Below, piece by piece: positions 54,639 to 64,000 of a DNA stretch of 64,000 nucleotides. Every line of letters begins with the position of its first letter. Position 1 is the first letter of the stretch. The notes beneath the pieces are model-generated. The model was not told the DNA's origin, did no database searches, and saw only the letters and a program-made list of their open reading frames with translations. The position numbers and the translations under genes are program-made. Source of the DNA: Octopus sinensis (taxonomy: Eukaryota); the NCBI RefSeq assembly GCF_006345805.1, contig NC_043009.1, positions 53,320,001 to 53,384,000 of the forward strand. Reading direction: 5' to 3'.

Positions 54639-55225
54639 TGTATAAAAGATGGGCTAAAGAAAATATTCTACTTAATACCACAGATTTGCGTGCGGTGCAT
54701 AGGCTATACATTATGATCTTCTTAACGGTGGCATAACTTGGAAGGCGACCAGCACAATGATGGCACAATAGCAGGCAGGGGCCGAAAGAATCCACAATAG
54801 ATCAGCAGCGGCACTGATGAAGCTCCCCGATCTGTAGACCAAACTTTAGGGAAACACCGATGTGCAGGTAGTCGCCATCGATCTGAATGGAATTTGTGAG
54901 TGATGATATCACATTGCGCCTAGCTCCACAGCGAGGCTCCGAGGCTGAGCGGAAATATGTCAGACGTGCTGGTCAAGTCGGCGCACTAACTTGTCTGCGG
55001 TCAAGCTACACTGGATGGCACCGCATTTCTTTTGAGAGGACTATAGAGGTCGACGACCGCCTCACGGCGTGGTGTTTGGTTCGTGGATTTTATATTAATA
55101 TGCGCTGGTGGTTAATGTAGACGGTATCTCATATATGCTGCACAGAAAAAGAACCAACCAAACAATTAGCTAACTTGATACGTTTTTTTCTAGATTCTGA
55201 TCTTTATATACTTGTAAAGAATATA

Positions 55226-56459
55226 CAGGCTGCGTAAGGTGTTTGAGGACATACGTTTTTGGGGCCATTGCATTTTTTGCTAACTCTGTATAATCTTTGT
55301 TCCAGAAAATAATAATGGCAGACCCTCAGTTTACTCAAGAAATGAAGAGGCATATTGTTATTGTGGTTATAAAAGCTGAATATCGTGATTTAGAAATATC
55401 TCAATTTTAATAGTTGCCAGATCTTTCATCTACAAAGTTTGTAAGGAGCTAAAGACTGAAAATGGAATCGTATCACCAGTATCAAAGCATAAAAGGCATT
55501 CTAAACGTTCTGAAATCATCGGAACACCTGAATTTATCCAGCAAGTTCAACAGATTATTGATTAAAAACCCAGAAAGTCAATTGGAAAAGATCTCCATGT
55601 GTCAGAAGGAACAGTCAGAGGTGTTGTCCACGAAGTCTTCAGATATAAAACTTATATGATGAGGAAAGGCCAATTTGTCAGAAGAAGAAAAAGAAAATCA
55701 CTACATCAGATTTAAAAGGCTCTTAAACAAACAGAAAAATCCACTAGATTTGATTTGTTTTTTCGACCAAGATTAAAAAGTTAACAGAATAAACAACAGA
55801 TGGTTATGTTTAGACCCCTCTGAAGTTCCAAGTGTTATGCATACAAAATTTCCTGCAACTGTCATGGTTTTAGGGGTTGTCAGCAATGAAGGACATCTGA
55901 TGCCTCCTTACTTCTTTCCACAAGGCCTTAGAGTTAACTCCGCCGCCTACATTGAGGTCCTGGAAATAATTGCTAAGATCTGAATAGACAGTGTATGCAA
56001 TGGAAAGCCATATGTGTTTCAGTAAGACTCTGCACTATCACACATGGATCTAGTAACACAGGAATAGATAGCTAAAAGTTTTCATGATCACATAACCCCT
56101 AACATTTGGCCCCTAATTCCCCAGATATCAATCCATTGGACTATTACATGTGGATCATTGTTGAGAGAGAGAAGTCAATGAACACGCCTTATAACACCAA
56201 AAATTCTATGAAACTTGCTATAGTCAAAGTAATGTTAAAATGAACCAGGACCACTTGATTCCAGCATGTAGAGGATTTAGATCTCATATAGAAGCAGTTA
56301 TTGAAGCTGAAGGTGGCTTTATTGAATAACATTATATAAAAGAAGGTTTATTTTTATCCTCATAGCATTTGTTTTGTAAATTAAGTTATTATCTGATATT
56401 ATATATCTGATTTTTTTTTAATAAACATAAATCTGTCCTCAAATATCTTACGCACCCTG
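55226..56459 (+). mobile_element. Full-length decayed DD37D (maT-like) transposon
   Basis: TA-flanked 26-bp TIRs CAGG(C/G)TGCGTAAG(G/A)T(G/A)TTTGAGGACA; transposase fragments collinear with 46070-47275. Confidence 0.88.
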
Positions 56460-56849
56460 TATTCAGAACTGGAGAGGAAACGGTAACATTTACACAATAG
56501 ATATAGTTTATACTATCACAGTTCTCGTGGATATTCTTCTGTGTTGTTAAAGAGAGCCTAAGGAAAAAGAAAAAATGCCAGTCAGTTTTATAACTTCTTC
56601 ACGCCGAAAACATGAGACTGAGGAAATTGATGCTCCAGTTTTAAGCCTACTAGACAGTGCCAGTAGAAAATGAGAATGTTGATAAAGAGGAGTCAAGAGT
56701 TTAGGGCGAATAATTGTAGGATAAAACACACAATACTGGTGTGGCTGGTGTGTGCATCGTGGATGTACAGAAACATTACAACTAGGAATATGAATGACGT
56801 AATGGTTAAAAGATGGCATGTCTTTGCTCACATGCCTCTCTTTTTTTAC

Positions 56850-57069
56850 TCTCTTTTACTCTTTTACTTGTTTCAGTCATTTGACTGCGGCCATGCTGAA
56901 GCACCACCTCTAATCGAGCAACCCGACCCCGGGACTTATTCTTTGTAAGCCCAGTACTTATTCTATCGGTCTCTTTTGCCGAACCACTAAGTTACGGGGA
57001 CGTAAACACACCAGCATCGGTTGTCAAGCAATGCTAGGGGGACAAACACAGACACACAAACACACACGC

Positions 57070-57100
<31 letters not shown>

Positions 57101-57278
57101 GATATATATACATATATACGACGGGCTTCTTTCAGTTTCCGTCTACCAAATCCACTCACAAGGCTTTGGTCGGCCCGAGGCTATAATAGAAGACACTTGC
57201 CCAAGGTGCCACAAAGTGGGACTGAACCCGGAACCATGTGGTTGGTAAGCAAGCTACTTACCACACAGCCACTCCTGC
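56850..57278 (-). mobile_element. SINE family A, full length
   Basis: Aligns with 29302-29738. Confidence 0.9.
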
Positions 57279-57942
57279 TCATTTATTATAGCTGAACTAT
57301 AAGTTTTGTACAAGATGGCAACATCGTCATCGACATCAACAACAGCGACATAACAACCACAAAATCAACAATAAGAGCAATAAGTACAACAACCCAGACA
57401 CGGGCAATAATAGCAATAATAAGTGCAACGTCATTATCAGCAACAACAACACTGACGATAGCACTTGCAACAACAACAACAACATTAACACTGACAACAA
57501 ACCTTAACAACATCAACAACTAAAGCAATAACACCAAGAACAACAATACGGCAACAATAACAACCACAACAACAATAGTTGCCTCCTAACGCCTCAGTTT
57601 TATTTTTTGCACTGAATATTCATAGAACATAATTGGTTCTCAAACCCTTCATTGCGCAACAAGAAAAATACAAGAAAAATAATAAAAAAATGTTTCCATG
57701 AAGCCAGAGAAAAGAAGTTCAGAAGTTTTGACCATAATGACCTCACCAGACAGACAGAGGTCAGAGGTCATGGCAGCCGCCATTCGCCATCAAATATATC
57801 AGTCAGAAATTTTAAGTATAAATATGCATGCAGATACATATTTACACAGACAAACGTACACAGATATGCCCGCACACACACACACACACTTAGACATATA
57901 TATAAATATATATATATAAGTATATATATTTACGTGTATGTA

Positions 57943-57990
<48 letters not shown>

Positions 57991-58339
57991 GAGAGAGAGA
58001 GAGAGAGAGAGAGAGAGCACATTTGAAAGTGGGAGTTCGATAAAGAGATAGATAGATAAATAGGTATAAATATCCTACTTTTTTTAAAATCTATCTGCCA
58101 AACTCTATTCAATTATTTCCAATTTACGTTTGTCCAATTATTGCGTCGATAAATTTATCTGTCTATATAACACACACAGGCAAACGCACACACACATACA
58201 TACACACCACACACATACACACACTCACTCACTCATTCACTCACACACTCACTCACTCACTCTCTCATTCACTCACTCACTCACACATACACACACACAC
58301 ACTCTCTCTCACCACCACGTTTTCGTGAATATGTATATA

Positions 58340-59140
58340 AGAAGTGGTATCAAAAAGTACTCGGACTAGTTTTGTAGCGCACCAACAGATGGCAGCACAC
58401 AGTTGCTAGCGCAGTGAGGGCTCGTAGCAACCTTCATGAGACACGTCGGTTTGTTTACTTCGCAAGTTGTGAAATTTGGTGCTTGCTATTTGTGAATCGC
58501 TGTAGTCTGCTATTTTGACATGAATAGGAATAAAGAGGGAACATGAAATTTTTCGTTAAACTTGAGAAGCATGCTACAAAAACATTGAGCATGTTTCGGA
58601 AAGTTTACGGCGACGAGGTTATGGGTCGTACGCCATCTTTCGAGTGATATGCGTGCTTCAAAAGCGGAAGACCTTCCTTGGAAAACGACGAGCGATCTGG
58701 AAGTTCTGCCACGGGCATCAACCCCGGAAATGTGGTATTGTGCATCGACATATTCGACTACCAGAGCCAGATCTTCGATCGAGAGTTCTACTGCAAGTTC
58801 TGAACGTGTGTTTCTCGCCAAAAGCAACATGGTATCGCTACCACACCCGCTCTATTCGCCAGATATAATACCTTTCCATTATTTCCCCAAGATGAAAAGG
58901 CAGCCTAAAGGTCATTGTTTTAAAACAGTTTTCATGATCCAGAGTGAATCCCATAAGTTCCCCGACTCGCTTTACGGAAAATGACTTCCAGGCCTGATTC
59001 CCCCCAAAATGGCAGAAGCGCTGGGACCGGTGTATTCCTACACAAGGTAACTATTTCGAAAGAGATGGTGTTAAAAGTTAGGTAAATAAGTTATTTTTTA
59101 TTGAACATAACTAGTCTGGAAACCTTTCGATACCACCTCG
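58340..59140 (+). mobile_element. Internally deleted mariner (DD34D)
   Basis: TIRs AGAAGTGGTATCAAAAAGT..GACTAGTT and AACTAGTCTGGAAACCTTTCGATACCACCTCG|TA; CFKSGRPSLENDERSG, LPHPLYSPD, KWQKRWDRCI. Confidence 0.8.
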
Positions 59141-59234
59141 TATGTGTGAAGGTATCTGCTGTAGTCCAAGGTGTTATGCAATAAGGGAAAAGAAGCGATC
59201 TCAATACGTTTCTGACGCTTGTGACATTAAATAT

Positions 59235-59247
59235 TTCTATCTATCTA

Positions 59248-59336
<89 letters not shown>

Positions 59337-59388
59337 ATTTGTCTGTCTGCCTATCTATGTAGGTATCTATGTATGTATCTATCTATCC

Positions 59389-59422
<34 letters not shown>

Positions 59423-59569
59423 ATATCTATCTATCCATATATCCATCTATCTATCTATCTATCTATCCATCTATCTATCTATCCATCTATCTATCTATCC
59501 ATCTATCTATCTATCCATATATCCATCTATCTATCTATTATCTATCTATCTATTATCTATCTATCTATA

Positions 59570-59639
<70 letters not shown>

Positions 59640-59660
59640 TCTATATCTATCTATCTATCC

Positions 59661-59739
<79 letters not shown>

Positions 59740-59795
59740 CTCTATCTATCTATCTATCTATCCATCTATCTATCTATCTATCCATCTATCTACCT
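59235..59795. repeat. Long (TATC)n tract with TGTC and TCCA variants
   Basis: Direct reading. Confidence 0.95.
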
Positions 59796-60109
59796 ACTAT
59801 GTTATCCATTTCATTTATTTCTTCCAAACTCTATTTGTTTCTATTGATCTATGTATTTAAATGCAAGTCCACTATAATTAAATTCGCATTCTTGTAATTG
59901 AATTCAATGTCAATAATGAAAGAAAAAATAAAATGTCTAAAACACATAAATAAATGAATAATAAATGTAAATGTAAAACCATAACGAAAATAATTCATTT
60001 TAAGTCTTTGTATTTTATATGTTATTAGTTTTATATAATAATGGCAGGAAAACGTTTTGTTTTACTTATATAAAGCTTACAGTTTACTGAATACGTAAAC
60101 ACTCTAAAC

Positions 60110-60186
<77 letters not shown>

Positions 60187-60193
60187 CATATAT

Positions 60194-60226
<33 letters not shown>

Positions 60227-61432
60227 TATATTATATATATAATATTATATATATAGAAATGTGTATGTGTATATACATACACATTCATATATATATATAT
60301 ATATGCATATATACATATATTATATATAAATATCTCTTTATATATGTCTCTGTGTGTTCGCGTTTATGTCATATACATGTGTGTGTCTGTGTGTGCGTGC
60401 GTATGTGCTCGTGTACTCTGTGTGTGTGTATGTGTATGTATGTATCTATTCCCGTCTGTGATAAAAATATCTCACCTCATAAAATTTTTAATTAATAAGT
60501 CCCAGACTAAGTCATGCTGATATATTTCTATAAAGAATGAAATACAGCTATACATGATTGTTAATGATTAGAAGTTTTGATTAAACAAAAATAATTAAAT
60601 ACACGAACGCCTTTCTTCTTTTCCCTTATAATTCCCTAATTTCAATTACAAATTTCTAATTCTGTTTCATATTATGACGAAATGAATATCTCCCTTGTAA
60701 CGAGAGACCTGTACTTAAAGAACAACAGTCAAAATCTTGACCGAAAGATTCGTGTATGTCATAAAACGAGACACAAATTTGAACAGAAAGTAAATATATT
60801 AAACAAGACATATTCTCCTTACATTGTAATAAAATTTTATTAATATAGATTTATCAAAAAATGATAAAATGCTTCGATAACAAAATCAAAGTAACCTTTT
60901 GCGAGCTGAATAAAAATAAACTAATGAAGGATCGTGTAGCGAAAGACAGGATATCACGCAAAGAAGCGATTATATAATGAAAGAAACATTATTGAACAAG
61001 CGAAAGATCAAGAAGAGAATACGTCTCCAAGCAAACATCGGAAATTCTAGAAACATAACGAGACCAGATGAAGGAAACTTCATTAAACCGTTAAAAAGCT
61101 AACATAGAACTAAGGTGATAGCCTGCGGAGAGGGTGAATAAGTGAAACGCTTACGTGTATTCGGCTAACCAGTATCAGGATTCTATCAATATTACATTGT
61201 ATCCCTTTATTTTTACCCTTTATGTTCAAAGTAATCTGTTGTAGTTGCTGTCCTGTTTGCAGATAACCATAATCTATTTTAGTTTATATTTCGATATCAG
61301 ATATATCGCAAGAAACTCATAAATACTTTGTCTCAATCAACATAACGGAATACGTCTTCCGCCAATCATTATTTCACTTCATATCCAATACTTACACGTA
61401 CAAATACATACATACATACATACATACATACA

Positions 61433-61464
<32 letters not shown>

Positions 61465-61622
61465 CATGCTTACATACATATATATAGGCACATATATATA
61501 TATCCCTATATGCCCATGCCCATACATAAATATATATATGTATATATATATATGTATATATATATATGTATATATATATGTATATATATATATATGTATA
61601 TATATGTATATATATATATATA

Positions 61623-61670
<48 letters not shown>

Positions 61671-61870
61671 TATATGTATATGTATATATGTATATATATA
61701 TATTTATATATATATATATGATATATATATATATATATATATAAGAGAGAATGCAAACAATTTTCTGCCTGCTGGATTGTAGTCAGAGAGGCTGCAAACT
61801 TAGCAGCAACAGCAGTGATAGTAGTAGTAGTAGTAGTAGTAGTAGCAGCAGTAGTAGCAGTGACAGTGGC

Positions 61871-61901
<31 letters not shown>

Positions 61902-62337
61902 ATGTCAGTATTCGAAGTAGTGGTCGTCGTAATATACAATGTATATTACACCAGTAGCTGTAGTTATTTGGTTGTGGTACTAATTTTAGTGATTCACCTA
62001 AATTGCAATATTTTACAACGTGTTCAGAAAGCTGCAATCCATCTTTTATAGACTGAATAAACACGCAACCAGCACACGAGGGTCAAAGATGGCAACGAAG
62101 AAACCGTATATTGATCAGAATACAATAAAGCAATATCAAATAAGAATAAAAGAAGCCAATAAGAACACCAGAGCAAGAACAAACGTACACACTAACATAC
62201 GCAAATTCCAACACACATACACACATATATATACATACACATACATACACATAAATATACATATATCTTATAACCATAAAAATAAAACATGTTAATGACT
62301 TTTTACACACGTGCACGCACGCACACAAGCGTGTATA

Positions 62338-62380
<43 letters not shown>

Positions 62381-62462
62381 TATATTATATATATATGTAT
62401 ATATATATATGTATATGTATATATTATATGTATATATATATATATGTATGTATGTATATATA

Positions 62463-62511
<49 letters not shown>

Positions 62512-62529
62512 GTAAGTATAGTGTTTTAT

Positions 62530-62940
62530 TGTTTTATTCTTTTACTTGTTTCGGTCATTTGACTGCGGCCATGCAGGAGCATCGCCTTTAGTCGAAGAAA
62601 TCGACCTCAGGACTTATTCTTTGAAAGCCTAGTTGGTATGCTATCGATCTCTTTTCCAAGGGCGTTAAGTTTCGAGGACGTAAACATACCAACATCGGTT
62701 GTCAAGCGATGGCGGGTGTCAAACACAGGCACACACAGACACACACATACACACAAACGCACACACAAACGTACATATATATGTGTATACGACGGGCTTC
62801 TTTCAGTTTCCGTCTACCAAGTCCACTCACTAGACTTTGGTGGGACCGAGGCTATAGTACAAAACACCAGCCCAAGTTGTCACGCCGTGGGTCGGAATCC
62901 GGAACCATGTGATTGGAAAGTAAGTTTCTTACTGCACAAC
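62530..62940 (-). mobile_element. SINE family A, diverged
   Basis: Head and tail align. Confidence 0.8.
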
Positions 62941-63094
62941 CATATATATATATATGTGTATGTGGGTGTGGATAATGGGATATAATATAACATTATATAA
63001 CATCATTATATACATATAAACCCATATGAAAAAAAAATATATATTAATATATATATATTTATATATACATATATATACACACACACACGCATAT

Positions 63095-64000
63095 ATAGTT
63101 GAAATTTATAGAAAAACAAAAGACAAAGCCAGGTGTATAAACAAAACAACCAGCAGGTGTTTTGGTTTGACGCTCGGGAAAGTGAGAAGTCTTTTACATT
63201 TCGAGGGTACGCTCTTCAACAGAAAGGAATAAGAGAGAATAAACAGAATTTTTTTTAAAAATGTGTATTTAGTGGTCAAGCATGGCAACTGGTTGGAAAA
63301 GAAAGGTTTGACAGCGGAGGTAGAAAGAAGGGGAGGTAATGAAATATTGGTGATCCCAAAACGAAGGTGCGCCTGCGTGTGTGTGTATGTGAGAATGTGT
63401 ATGTGTATGCGTGTGGATAGGTGCTAGTGACTTTGACGTGTGTGGATGTGCAGTTGCTGGTGTGTGGAGTGGTTGCTGGGATGTGACAGTGCTAGTGTGT
63501 GGGTCTGATGTGGGGATGGGGGTGTTAGGGGTGTTGTATGGGGGTGTGGGAATGTGGCGTAAGGCTGTAGGGGTGTTGGTGTGTAGTATGTGGAAATGGG
63601 GTGTGTAGGTGTGGGTGTGTGTGGTGTCGCTCCATCAATGAAGGGAGAAGGTCGATAGGAGTGAACGGAGAAGGTCGATAGGAGTGAACGGAGAAAGTAA
63701 GTGCTAAAGGAAGAAAGGAGAGTAGGTAGGAGTGAAGAGAGTAAGTAGGTGTCAGATGCAGAAAGGAGGGGAGTTGAGCCCATGTGGCACAAAGGAGCAA
63801 AGAGAGAAAATGAATTCTTATTCACGGTGAAGTCGGGAGTCCGGATGGACACTGTGCGAAGACACTCCGAACGGAGTCGGTGATACAATAAGGAACAGGA
63901 TGGGTGCCTGTGAAGATTAAGCCACTTCTTGTCTACCATTTCGAAAATCCACGAGAATTCAAGTCGCACAAAATCCTGAAGGAGAAGCGGCAGGTCATGT
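63095..64000 (-). mobile_element. 3' end of a Penelope-like element (GIY-YIG C-terminus, 3' UTR, terminal repeat with hammerhead-like motif)
   Basis: One minus frame reads FGVSSHSVHPDSRLHRE*EFIFSLCSFVPHGLNSPPF, typical of PLE RE..I..L....P.GLN termini; pyrimidine- and CA-rich UTR leads into the 63095-63300 tail. Confidence 0.65.

Noticed and set aside
54810-54885. CTGATGA...GAAAC hammerhead candidate
   Set aside because: The triplet would be GUG, and stem I and stem II do not pair
60620-61100. Possible PLE N-terminal remnant
   Set aside because: No motif could be read with confidence

Overview
AT-rich, microsatellite-saturated eukaryotic DNA. The SINE and repeat repertoire looks octopod/coleoid cephalopod (inference from recall, no search run). 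Nearly the whole window is intronic or intergenic. The only recognisable host coding sequence is one 133-bp minus-strand exon (30972-31104) encoding TM2-ECL1 of a GABA-B-receptor-like class C GPCR. The rest is decayed mobile DNA: tRNA-derived SINEs of four families, Dong/R4-type LINE pieces in (AAT)n tracts, CR1-group and RTE fragments, Penelope-like (PLE) RT/GIY-YIG remnants, a Helitron helicase relic, and six Tc1/mariner relics. A 4.5-kb two-monomer higher-order satellite with an internal inversion lies at 16.7-21.2 kb. The main hidden signal is a set of type I hammerhead ribozymes in small non-coding elements with PLE-style partial-tandem and inverted structure. Two sequence-unrelated ribozymes share an identical 91-nt layout with a 60-nt stem II domain: one at 15110-15200, and one present twice at 29911-30001 and 30415-30505 as mirror copies in a 665-bp palindrome next to the GPCR exon. 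A 36-nt minimal ribozyme lies at 53156-53191, and a variant-core hammerhead-like motif recurs at five PLE-type tails. All folds were derived by eye, and catalytic activity is untested.
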